A DNA stretch of 33,752 nt from NCBI RefSeq assembly GCF_001194135.2, contig NC_068995.1, positions 30,444,902 through 30,478,653 on the forward strand, written 5' to 3'. The translations under genes were made by a program, and so were the position numbers. Source of the stretch: Octopus bimaculoides (taxonomy: Eukaryota). The notes below the pieces were generated by a model, which was given only the letters and a program-made list of their open reading frames with translations, ran no database searches and was not told where the DNA came from. Below are positions 22,990-33,752 of this stretch, piece by piece. Within the stretch, counting starts at the first letter, position 1. Every line of letters begins with the position of its first letter.

Positions 22990-23290
22990 CCTGTATGTCC
23001 GCGTGTGGTGTATGTGTATATATGTGCGCATGTTTGTGTGCATATCTCTATGTGCGGATGGGTTTGTGAGAGTCTATGACGCGTTTCTGCATGTGGGTAT
23101 GTACGGATATGAGCATACAAGTTACTATATGTTAATATATGTAAGTATTGAGTATATATGTGCATGTATGTATACATATGTGATTATTAAGATGTGGGTA
23201 TATATGCAGGCATCTGTGTATCTGCATATGTATGTGTATGTGTGTATATATGTATGTAGATATATATGTAATGTGTGTGCATGTGTGTAT
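22990..23290 (+). repeat. Degenerate (TG)/(TATG) field
   Basis: Direct reading. Confidence 0.8.
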
Positions 23291-24059
23291 CCTCTTGGAA
23301 GAAAAAAGGAATTGTATCTCTAAGCAGAGAATTCCGAATGTACTGGAATCAAATTGGTTTCAGATAAATTTGAGACAGAAATGTAGTGAAGTACTTAGTG
23401 GACTGATTTACAAATTAATTAATCTAAAAATCTTTAACACATTCTCTGATCTATAGAGAGAAAGCAGAGCAACATCTGCACCCACCCTCACCTGTCGATT
23501 TTTTCATATTTACTTATAGTTTATAGAGTGTCGTGTAGCTTATAGTCTATAGGCGATGTACAGTTTATTGAAGGACGTGTGGAGAAATTGCCTAGGAAAC
23601 GTTCTGCATGAAAAAGAAATTAAGTCAGAATTAACTGAATTTGGTTGGCGAAGACATTAAAATTAATTAAAATTATACTCTGATGATTTCTTAGGTAGGC
23701 ACTTAGACACTTGAGGGCGTATAAATAACAATGAAAATATATTTGTTCTCGATTGAAGTGTTATTTTATGGAAGCTGGTAATATCTACAGTTCGTGCACT
23801 AAATTTCTTATAAAATCAACATTTTGGGACATGACTTTTCAGTAACTTCCAGGAATAAATAGCAAAGTATTTTTCTCTGTTTAGGTATTTCTAAAGTGTG
23901 TCGACATCTGCAGTTTTCATAGCCATCGCATATGGCAGTTTTCATAACTAGTTAGGTTGTCTGAGAGGACCTGTAAACCTAGACCTGACAGTGTGAGGAT
24001 GAATAACTGTGTTCCTAGGACTGTACCTTGGATTACAACACTCATTGCAAGTGACTTAG

Positions 24060-24462
24060 CAGAGAGGAGATCGTTGGTAAAGAACAAATTAATTTTTACT
24101 CAGTACAAGGCCAAACGGCCACACTGATTTTTCCAGTGATACTAAAATCTCTTGCGGATTAGAAGCGCTAAGCAGTGACGAGTACAAAACAAACTTGTTA
24201 CAGTTCAAATATGCTTGAGACATGTTTTCTAGCGAAATTTTTACATTCCCTCATTGATAATAATATTGAATTTAAAATTACTTGGTCTGTCGTATGTAAT
24301 TCACAATCATATAAAGGTGGCGAAGGTTGTTATGGGTTCTGTGTATCTGAGGCGTTCCATATTAATAAAATTAAATCGAATATTATTAATCAGCGCAATG
24401 AATTAGTTGTAAGATGCCAGCTCGTTAAATATAAATCGTTCCTTCATTCTAACTATACCTAA
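24060..24462 (+). mobile_element. Penelope-like element, GIY-YIG endonuclease C-terminal fragment, decayed
   Basis: LAKFLHSL..EFKITWSVV..SY....CYGFCVSE..I...NIINQRNELVVRC resembles the PLE pattern LSK..W.L...KWSI..Y...C.LC..EK..LN.R.EL...CRH. Confidence 0.65.
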
Positions 24463-24860
24463 ACTTACACTTAATTATTTTATCCACACTAGTAACTTTA
24501 TATCCTAGATCATTGCTATTAGTTAATTCCCTACCTTGGTTAACCATAATGTTGTCCCACCTTAATAATAGATAATGTATTAGACAATATTCAAACATTC
24601 TGCTGTCCGCAAAAATACTTATTTCCCATTGATGTTAGCACCTTAAATATAACTATACCTAACCATATACTTAGTTATTAAACCTATACTATTATTAAAC
24701 AATTATTTAACCGAATCTTTTAACCTATATGAATACAAGTGAATAATTCCCTCCCTGGGTTAACCATGATTTGGTCTCACCTTAGTAATAGATAGTGTAT
24801 TAAACCATATTCAGATGTTCTGCTATTTGTAAAATACTTTTTACCCATTGATGTATAACA
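24452..24860 (+). repeat. Diverged ~200-bp tandem duplication downstream of the PLE ORF
   Basis: AACTATACCTAA recurs at ~24452 and ~24652. TAATTCCCT..GGTTAACCAT..CACCTTA.TAATAGATA.TGTATTA..ATATTCA..TTCTGCT..AAAATACTT..CCCATTGATGT recurs at ~24524 and ~24745. Confidence 0.85.
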
Positions 24861-25301
24861 TTCCAGTCTATTATATTTAATGCTGAACCGTTTTTTTGGG
24901 GTTTTTTTTTACATATTATTGAAGTTGCTAACGCCATGATTCTGTAATTCCACACCTTGAAACCTCTATGTACTCCTGTTGCATCTATCTTAGACGTTAT
25001 TTCCTTTTTATTAATATACATCATTCAGTAAGTTACTCTTCTGACCAAGTTTGGCAGATTCAATCTAAATTGAAGTGTTGACTTTATAGCATTTATATCC
25101 ATGCGCTTATATATGAACCTGTACGCATATTTCTTATATTAAGATATCTATATGTACATGTATATTTTGCTACCAATGTGTATGCCTATGCGTATATATG
25201 TATATATATATATATAGGCCTTTATTCTAATATGTAAGTATATATGAATATATATGTATCCATATCTGTTAACGTGTATGGATGCATATTTAAATGAGTA
25301 C

Positions 25302-25302
<1 letters not shown>

Positions 25303-25370
<68 letters not shown>
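25303..25370 (+). repeat. (TA)n microsatellite within a TA/TG-rich field
   Basis: Direct reading. Confidence 0.98.
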
Positions 25371-25376
<6 letters not shown>

Positions 25377-26911
25377 GGCGTATATGTATATGTGCATAGG
25401 TATGTATATGTGTGTATGTATGGTTATGTGTATTTGTATGTTCTGTATACAGCTGTATATAAATCTATATACGCTTATATAGGTATCTATATGCATAAAA
25501 TTTACTATGTATTTATGTTCGTGTATCTCTACAGTAATGTATGCAAGTGTGTGTGTATGTGTGTTGTGTGTATGTTTGTGTGTGCCTATATGTATGCATA
25601 TGTGTCTATAGATGCATATGAGTAATAGTAAGAGAGAGAAAGAGTGCGTATGTGCCCATCCTAAAAGAGGTCACCATCCTTGAACTCATGTCTCATGGCA
25701 GTAGCTATACAATGGTAAAAAAACTAAATAAATGGTAAAAAACATTCCAAAGAAATCCCTCCCCTCCTTCTCTCTACCTGTTTATCTGTGTGTCTATCAA
25801 TCTGTCAATCTATCTATCTGCCTATCCATCTACCTATCTATCTATCTCCATTGTCCTGGAACCTCACCCCAAAAAACAAAATGTACAAGAACAATGTTCT
25901 CTTCTAAACAAAACGAAAAAACACCTGATTTATATAAATGAACAAACTGTTTGCACATTGACAATTTTATTTGACAAGTTCGAAGACGAATGAAAGCGCT
26001 AATAATGACTTATAATAAGAAGAAAAAAATCCTTTTTCCAAAATTCTGGCGACTTCTTTTTCTCAATATTCACTATCTGGACACCACTTCTAACACTTTA
26101 TGCATACATCTAATATCTAATATAATAAATGCGAAAACTAATTTCTGTGTGTCAGTGTGACACACTTCGAACCCCCTTTCTCACTATTCATTGACACTTC
26201 TACTATTGCTCATATTGGGGTCAGAGTAATAGTAGGCGTAGAGACGGTGAAGGCGGTGGAGAGAGAGAAAGAAAAAGAGAGGGAGAGAAAGAGAGACAAA
26301 GAAATTTAAGGAGGATTGATGATGCTTTTATTAAAAGTAGTAGTGTTGATGGTGGCAGTGGGAGTAATAATAAGAGAGAGAGAAAGAGTGGGTGTGTGAG
26401 AGAATAAGGAACTGAACACTGAACTGACATATTGAACTAACATACCGACCGATGGTAATGGGGTGATAGTAATATGAGTTGTAATTGTGATAGAGGCGGA
26501 GGCGGCAGTGGTGGTGGTGGTGGTAACCGAGGCGGTCAGAGAATAAGAGATGTTAAAGACAGTTGTGATGTTGGTGGAGGGGAAAGCGGCGAAGTCAAAG
26601 GTATTGATGGTGGTGGCGTCAGACGACTGGATGGTGTGTGTTTGGCAGATGCGGTGGCGATGGTGGTGGTACTGTTGTTTACCATGCAGCTTTGCAATAA
26701 GTTCAAAATCGACAAATTATATCATTGTTTTGATAAAAATTGTTCATTGCTTGGAAAATATTGTTCAAGTTTAAGAAAATTTAATATGTACTCAATGCAT
26801 GAAGTGTCATTGTTAGGCCCAAGGCCTAATGAAGAGCCCTCCACAAGAGCTAGCTTAAAAGTCACCCGATAGAACGGCTTTTCAGCTAGTATATATATAT
26901 ATATATATATA

Positions 26912-27716
26912 TCAGGCTGAGTAAAAAGTAAGTGAGCAACGTTTTGAAACATGAAATTCATCACAATATATTTCAACAATGCAGTAATTTTATTCATCAA
27001 AGTAAGTACCATTACAATCAACACATTTCTGCCAACGAGTTACAAGTTTGTTTATTCTGGTAACATAAAAATCTGGAGTTATGGAACTAATAAACCCTTT
27101 GAACGCACTTTCAGCATCGGTTTGATGTATGAACTCCTTCTCTCGCAGGAAACCATCAAGGTTCTTCAAAAAGTGGTAGTCCGTAGGAGAAAGGTCTGGG
27201 GAATAAGATGGGTTGGGAAGAACTTCGTAGCCAAGTTCCTTCAACTTCTGGAGCGTCATTAGTGAAACGTGTGGTCGAGCATTGTCATGAAAAATAATTT
27301 GGCCCTCTTCTGTTGACCAGTCTGGGACAGAAGAGTAGCAGTTTTTCGTTCATTTTTGGCAATTTCATGGCAATATGTTTCTGCAGTAATGGTTTTTACG
27401 GGTTTTAAGAAGTTATAGTGGATGAGTCCAGGACTACACCACCAAACAATCACCATAACCTTCTTTTTGAAGAACTCGGATTTAGAGAAGTTTTTCGGTG
27501 CTTCGTTTTGGTCCAACCAGTGCGAAGAACGTTTTTTTTATTTTTGTACAGAAACCCCTTTTCATCGCAAGTTACAATACGGTCGAGAAATGGATCGGTC
27601 TGGTTATGGAGAAGAAGCGGCGCGCAAATTTCATATCTGCGCATTTTCTGATTTTCATTCAAATTTTGTGGTACCCATTTACAGAGCTTTTTTGATTTTC
27701 CGATCGTATGCAAATG
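26912..27716 (-). mobile_element. Mariner (DD34D) transposon, 3' portion with right TIR, inserted in (TA)n; 5' part missing
   Basis: KWVP, VTCDEK, VWW, HDNARPH, YSPDLSPTDYH and RWQKCVDCNGTYFDE* across frameshifts. The terminal TCAGGCTGAGTAAAAAGTAAG abuts (TA)n at 26890-26911. Confidence 0.92.
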
Positions 27717-28079
27717 GTTCTTTAATACCAATTCCTATATGCTACTCATATCTGCGCTCGGTCTGCATAGGAGATTGTTGTGTCCTAACATATGCGCTGC
27801 TTCTTTTAGTTTTCGTATTTTCCAGTGGTGTTCTCTATTCATTATTTTAACTTCATCCCACAGAGAGGAAGTGGTCTCAATTTTTCCATACATGATCAGC
27901 TATACCCGATTTATCAATATCTCCTCGTGTCACAGCTTTGCGATGTTCGTCTCCCCTTATTTTGAGGGGGTGACATGTTTCGTCTTTGTATAACCTACCA
28001 CAGCTGCATGGGATGGAGTACATGCAGTCTTTGGTCATATTCTCTTCTATTGGAGGTTTTACTCGAAGGAGATATTTGC

Positions 28080-28080
<1 letters not shown>
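27717..28080 (-). mobile_element. Penelope-like element GIY-YIG endonuclease fragment
   Basis: CMYSIPCSCGRLYKDETCHPLKIRGDEHRKAV..KSGIADHVWK..WDEVKI..HWKIRKLKEAAHM: GIY-YIG motifs with conserved R, H and E. Confidence 0.85.
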
Positions 28081-28145
<65 letters not shown>

Positions 28146-28162
28146 TAACAACAACAACAACA
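28081..28162 (+). repeat. (AAT)n grading into (AAC)n
   Basis: Direct reading. Confidence 0.97.
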
Positions 28163-28163
28163 T

Positions 28164-28343
28164 CGAAAAATACCTTAGGAATGATAACCCAGGTTCGAAA
28201 TTTCCCCAAGACACCTGATGAAGGCTGGACGGTATATTAGCCGAAACGTTGTGTTAACAACAAACAAGATGAGGACAAATATCTGTCAAATTTAAATAAT
28301 GTAAATAATGTACATAATTCTTCATCTCTTAAATATAGAACTG
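28164..28343 (+). mobile_element. Penelope-like terminal repeat (pLTR) fragment carrying the hammerhead
   Basis: Contains the minimal hammerhead and adjoins the PLE endonuclease fragment. Limits are approximate. Confidence 0.6.
28210..28255 (+). ncRNA. Minimal type I hammerhead ribozyme (Penelope-type)
   Basis: Stem I GACAC/GTGTT, core CTGATGA (28215-28221), stem II GGCTG/TAGCC, GAAA (28243-28246), palindromic AACGTT stem III, NUH = GUU (28248-28250). Confidence 0.8.
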
Positions 28344-28348
28344 AAACG

Positions 28349-31015
28349 GTAATTAAGCCTGGAAAAGTACAGGACAAGAAGGAAAAATATTACTGCTGAA
28401 TTTGCTAAATCATTCAACTACGGTAGTAGTTGAATAATATTCTTAAGGCCGCAATTTACTCACACGCAGCATCTTCACAGCTTTGTTGCTAATTCAGATT
28501 CTTAACCAAATTAAAATCTGTTAACATTTTTGAAGAGGATTGGTCCCTAGCTACATTTTGGCATTAAAAAATTGAGATTTCGTCCTGTAGAAAAAGTTTA
28601 CATCAAAATTTGCAGCAACGTTATTAGGAGAGTAAGTAACGCCACCAATCAAGTTTAGATCTAAATAACTTTTTATTTTAAAAGCAAAATATATTTATCT
28701 TAGCTTCAATAATAGAAGAAAGCATGAGGGATTTCATAGTTTTGGTCCCAAGCAAAAAGAAGTATCAAAAACGTTGTGAGGTAAAATATCATGAAAAAAT
28801 ATAAGTAAGGCAAAAAATTGGATTTAAGTATAATTAACTTTTTTTATTTAAAAAACCAGCTATATTTTAATTAAACCTAAATGACAAAGCTCATTTCGAG
28901 GAATTTCATGGTATCAATCTCATGCAATGAAGTTTTAAAAGAAAAAAATTATGAGTGTGATAATAGAGTTCCATACTTTTTTATGAGTATAGTTCTATTA
29001 GGGGATTTTTAATATATGTCACCGGCATCATTGAGGTAAGGAAAAACTTATCAATGACACCACTAATTTGCAATTAGTTTAATTACATCATCTGTATTAA
29101 TTAATGCAATAATATAATGTAAACTGAGTTCCGTAATATCTGAGACGAGAAACAGAATATATTTTAATTAAGCTTAAATGATACTTTTCAAATCGAGGAA
29201 TTACTAATCTGATTTTTATTTCTTTAGATTAAAACTTTATTTTAATTCAATAATAATGATAATTCAATCACAAAAATAAAAATATTATTTAGAATTTTTA
29301 AAAATTTATTATTCAATTTTCAATAAGGTAAAATCTTAAATTATTAATTGATACATTATTAATTAGCATAATAGCATAGCCTGGAAGCAACATGGATTGC
29401 ATGGAAAAATGCGAGCAAGAGAAATAATGTTCTTAATATTATAAACCTGGAAAAGTACAGGACATGTTATTACACTTGGGAAATTTCAGGACAAGTTATT
29501 ACATCTGGTAAAGTATAGAACAAGAAAATTTTTACTTAAAATATTTACTTGCAGCTAAGGATAAAATTTGAATAGTAAAAATTATTTGATTTTGATTTTT
29601 CAAAGTAACATTATAATCAAAAAAGTTACCATCATTTTGTTAAAATATTGACACACTAGAATACTTGAAAAATGAGAACCAGAAGTACCAATAAAGCTAA
29701 AGTTTTATGCAAAGTAGGCAAATTCATTATGCAAAAAATAAGCATTGGGTCAAGACTAAAAATGTGAAGTCTTGGCAATAATTTAGGCAATAGCTCAAGC
29801 AAATTTTTCTATGATTTTGTTGTAATAGGTAGATTTTACTGTAACATATAACTAATTTTTGTATTATTTTATTTATTGTACTAACTATGTACTACTATTA
29901 TTTTTTATAACCTATTTTCAAATTTCTAATTATTAATTAATAAGAAAATGAATTTTTTTAAAGTGCAGAAAATATTTTAATTAAGTTATTTTTTATTCTT
30001 AATAGAAGTAACAAGTAATAAGAAATAGAAGTAATAACTTGTAATAAATTTTTAGTTTTACTAAAAGCTAATATTTTCTAAATCTAAATATTTTATTTAA
30101 ATTTTCATCGTTACCTGCAATATTTTAAGTAAAAAGTTTCTGAACTTTTCCAAGTGTAATTTTGCAGGTTTATAATCTTAAGAATATTATTTCTCTTGCT
30201 CGCATTTTTCCATGTAATATATTTCTGAAACTATTTGCCAAATAGTGTATGCAGTTTGTTTTAAAATTTTTTGCTTTCTATTGCAATTTTTTAAAATTTA
30301 AGTAATATTTTTGATTTATAAATCTATTTGTATTAAACTAAAACATTTCTGTCTTATTTTCAGTATTATATTATTTTTCAATTTTATTTTCTTAACAAAA
30401 CTCATCATCCAGAACTTTAAATCACAGATATCTGTGCTAAAATTAAACTTGTGTAGAATATATGTAATTCAAAAATAAGAATTAAAAATAGTAAGAAAAT
30501 TTTTTTAAAGAGACAAAAGAATTGATTTTTGTAAAGTTTGCATTATCAGATAACAAAGTATTTTCTATTTACAGTCAGAGTAACATTTAAAACTTAAAGC
30601 TAATAAAAAAACACAGGGGCTATAATACATTGTAAATTTTGCTTTAAATTGCTATCATGTAATTTTTTTTAATAGTTAAGGCACTAAATTTGTAATATTA
30701 AATTCTTAATTTGTAAACTTTCAGGCAGTGTTTCTTTTCATTAATTAAAAATTAATGACTTCTTGAATATTTTAATTTAAACTTTTGTGTAAAATAAAAA
30801 ATATAAAAGGGCAGTTTTTTATTTTAATTTTTAAATTCTAACTTCAACAGCAGTATTCTAAGTATTTTTCTTCTTGTCTTGTACTTTCCCAGGCTTAATT
30901 ACAGCTTTCCTGTACATTTCCAGGTTCAATACTTAATATTCAAGCATTCTACATCCACATTTTTATTTTAAACTACTTTTTTCCAGGCAACGCTTCTATT
31001 ATTATAATTAATTAT
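28349..31015. repeat. AT-rich block with nested inverted repeats and ~29-bp subrepeats (foldback/MITE-like)
   Basis: Inverted pairs 28349-28389/30863-30902 and 29400-29449/30165-30214 (50 bp, 2 mismatches). Tandem CCTGGAAAAGTACAGGACA-type units at 29444-29530. Confidence 0.75.
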
Positions 31016-31261
31016 AGCTTAATACAAAGCTTAATACAAAGAAAATTTAAAATCAAAAATATTAACTTAAATAAAAAGAACTGAATTGGTGATGAACTGA
31101 CAAAACGTTGACCTTTCTGATATATTCACTCACAGTAGCAGGTGAATGATATATTTTTATTAATAAACATTGAATCGCCGAGTGAGATGGTATTTTACAG
31201 AAAATAAAGGAAATCTTGAATGCAGAATAGCTTAGAAGATCGGGTAAATACCCTTAGAAAA

Positions 31262-31332
31262 CTCGAGAGAATCGAATCCTGTACCTCTCAAAGTCCGGAT
31301 AAACGCTCTGCACCATTATGTCAAGTGACCCC
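31262..31332 (-). mobile_element. Decayed tRNA-like/SINE head
   Basis: Minus strand GGGGTCACTTGACATAATGG (A-box-like) and GGATTCGATTCTC (B-box-like) at tRNA-like spacing. I could not fold an intact cloverleaf. Confidence 0.45.
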
Positions 31333-32730
31333 TGACATTAGATACCGTCTTTTACAATGCTAAGCAACTTACATTAATAAAAAATATTTTGATTTATCAA
31401 AATGATCACCATTTTATTAGTCACTTAAAGCTACACTACTTTTTTTGTAGCCAATATTTTTTGACAAGGTTTTCACCATAAGATTCCTCTCATAGAGCCC
31501 TTTCATTTCAATGCAACTATTATGCAGTTTTCTTTTTACACTAGTTGAGAGATTTTGTTCCCAAATTAATTTGGGAGTTCGTTACCATTTTTCGTCGACA
31601 CTTAAAGAAACTCTACTTTTTTTCATAGTTAACATTTCTGACAAGATTTTCACAAGTTTCTTCAAAATGAGCACATTCTTTTACACCCAATTAATCTATA
31701 CTTTCCTTTTAAAATAACTGAGATATTTTGCTTCAAAGTCAATATTTCACTTTACTCTTCCATTTTGTCTTCACATATTTTAACCTAACCTTTGTCTAAT
31801 GAACAAAATTTGATTTATTTTATCTCAAAATGTATTCAATTTGGTTGCGAACTGTATAAGTGATGAAGCCTAGAATTGCTCTCGAATGACTAAAAGTTGA
31901 TCTTAAGAATATATTCACTAACTGCCGTGAGTGAATAATTTTGTAATAAATAATATAAATATATATAATATACAATACATATATATAATATATCACATAA
32001 TATATGTGTGTGTATGTATGTATACATGTATAATGTAACAATAGTTCTACTCGGCTCCGTGCAACTTAAAGTTTTGTATACTTTTAGAGCGAACCTAGCT
32101 CGTCAGAAATGTCGAGATCAAGTTACAAGAAATGAGACAAATTTAAGATGGACAGTAGATGCCAAGCCTCCATTAGTCGATCAAGGTCGCGTGCTTTTTA
32201 ATATAGAGTAGGCAAGCCTAAAGTGGTATATCTAATGAAAAGTTATAACATATATACATCTGTATACATCTTATAATAATTATGCTTGTCATTGCGTAAC
32301 TTAGCCCGTCGGTAATGCTTTCACGTGATTATAGAAAAAAGGGAGAAAGAAAAGAAGGAAGGAGAAAAAGAGGGAGAGAGAAGCGTCCATGGCGTGAGGT
32401 AGAGGGCATGTAATTGTAAGGCTTTCACGTGAATAGTTGAAGGGAAAGAGAGCAGAAAGAAAAAGGGAGAGAAAAAGAGGATAAGGCGAAGAGTGAGAGA
32501 GGAAGAGGAAGAAAGAAAAAGAGGGAGAGAGAAGCGTCCATGACTTGAGTTAGGGGGAGCGTAATATTTATTGCGTGGTTAAAAAAGTTAGTTGAAGGCA
32601 GCGGAGAAGAGTTTGAAATATAATTTTAGCAGTGGGATTACAGAAAGGCGAAGAAAGAGGGGACAGGGAGAACGGGGGAGGGGAGAGAGGAGAGAAAGGT
32701 GGCAGTGATAAGTGGGAGAGAGATTTAATG

Positions 32731-32869
32731 TTAAATATACTCTCCTTCATTTTCTACAATGCTCTTCCATCTATCTGGTACACTTGCAAGGTACCTCTTC
32801 CAAAATTCACTTGTCCGTAACGAAAAATACTCCTGCGGTACTGTTCTGACCTCGTCTACAGAATTAATA

Positions 32870-32872
<3 letters not shown>
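32731..32872 (-). mobile_element. Third mariner family, transposase C-terminal fragment
   Basis: NSVDEVRTVPQEYFSLRTSEFWKRYLASVPDRWKSIVENEGEYI matches the mariner C-terminus (RW..V...G.Y). Confidence 0.8.
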
Positions 32873-32915
<43 letters not shown>

Positions 32916-33267
32916 NNNNNNNNNNNNNNNNNNNNNNNNNNNNNNNNNNNNNNNNNNNNNNNNNNNNNNNNNNNNNNNNNNNNNNNNNNNNNNNNNNNNN
33001 NNNNNNNNNNNNNNNNNNNNNNNNNNNNNNNNNNNNNNNNNNNNNNNNNNNNNNNNNNNNNNNNNNNNNNNNNNNNNNNNNNNNNNNNNNNNNNNNNNNN
33101 NNNNNNNNNNNNNNNNNNNNNNNNNNNNNNNNNNNNNNNNNNNNNNNNNNNNNNNNNNNNNNNNNNNNNNNNNNNNNNNNNNNNNNNNNNNNNNNNNNNN
33201 NNNNNNNNNNNNNNNNNNNNNNNNNNNNNNNNNNNNNNNNNNNNNNNNNNNNNNNNNNNNNNNNNNN

Positions 33268-33301
<34 letters not shown>
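32872..33301 (+). repeat. (CT)n flanking an assembly gap (32916-33267)
   Basis: Direct reading. Confidence 0.95.
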
Positions 33302-33304
<3 letters not shown>

Positions 33305-33384
33305 CCATTTGACCTCTCTTTCATTTTTCTTTCTGTCAACCACTTACTTGATTTCCACTTCTCAACTTACTTATAAATTACTTC

Positions 33385-33560
33385 ACCATGTGTCTAACTT
33401 CAAATACTTGATCACCGTAGCAGAATTGCAAAGTGTTTCTCTAACGATGTATTGCAGCTAGGTATCCAGATGCGCTTGTGACATTCAATGCTGCGTTCCA
33501 GTTAAATGCATTGGTGAAACGTTCGTTGGAATTGGTGATTATCTTTCCACTACGTATACT
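33385..33560 (+). mobile_element. Possible very decayed RTE-clade RT fragment
   Basis: VSNFKYL..IAAR..A.VTFNA resembles RTE F.YLGS..EI.ARI.KA...F. Weak match. Confidence 0.3.
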
Positions 33561-33669
33561 CTCTATATCATAACTAACAACTATACTGGAAACCAACCGG
33601 ATAATGATAACCTACGCGGAGTTCTAATTCACACGGTAGTAGTCGTGCATCTAACTGTACACAATATAC

Positions 33670-33670
<1 letters not shown>

Positions 33671-33752
<82 letters not shown>
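33671..33752 (+). repeat. (CA)n then (TA)n to the window end
   Basis: Direct reading. Confidence 0.97.

Noticed and set aside
26820-26870. Possible third hammerhead (CTAATGAAGAGCC..GAGCT AGCTT)
   Set aside because: The core is mutated (CTAATGA), there is no GAAA, and stems I and II do not pair adequately. At most a relic.
26474-26872. Gly-rich 132-aa ORF and the Thr/Pro-rich antisense frame
   Set aside because: Degenerate GGT/ACC low-complexity DNA stays open by composition. No recognisable domain.
28500-28600. Minus-strand exon after a TTTTTCTACAG acceptor-like site
   Set aside because: All three frames hit stops within about 12 codons.
31262-31332. Functional tRNA gene
   Set aside because: A/B-box-like motifs are present but the stems do not form a cloverleaf. 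Treated as a SINE-head relic.
572-33376. Homopolymeric or dipeptide ORFs (poly-Y/I/L/S/T/E/K/F/D, VC, YI, RE, SL) and ORFs running through N gaps
   Set aside because: They are translations of microsatellites or gaps, with no splice context or domain content.
1-33752. CRISPR array, rRNA, or prokaryotic operon/defence system
   Set aside because: No regularly spaced repeat-spacer units, rRNA signatures or long ORFs. The sequence is eukaryotic repeat DNA.

Overview
Eukaryotic, AT-rich, repeat-saturated scaffold segment with five N gaps and no host gene that I can support. The SINE families and the density of microsatellites resemble an octopus genome; this rests on my recall, not a database search. 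It contains a head-to-tail train of R4/Dong-like non-LTR retrotransposon 3' fragments strung on (TAA)n tracts (1-4.3 kb), a decayed Tigger/pogo transposase, and three different mariner relics, one a 352-bp element with intact TIRs and TA target duplication. It also has Tx1/L1-like and CR1-like LINE fragments, two Penelope-like GIY-YIG fragments, about ten tRNA-derived SINE copies and many microsatellites. The most interesting items are two distinct hammerhead-ribozyme motifs with palindromic stem III (18709-18802, 28210-28255), an inverted ~120-bp local copy inserted into a SINE (21201-21325 vs 26195-26305), and an AT-rich block of nested inverted repeats (28349-31015). Most ORFs in the supplied track are microsatellite artefacts. 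I found no convincing wholly new system; the findings are mostly unusual arrangements of known element classes.
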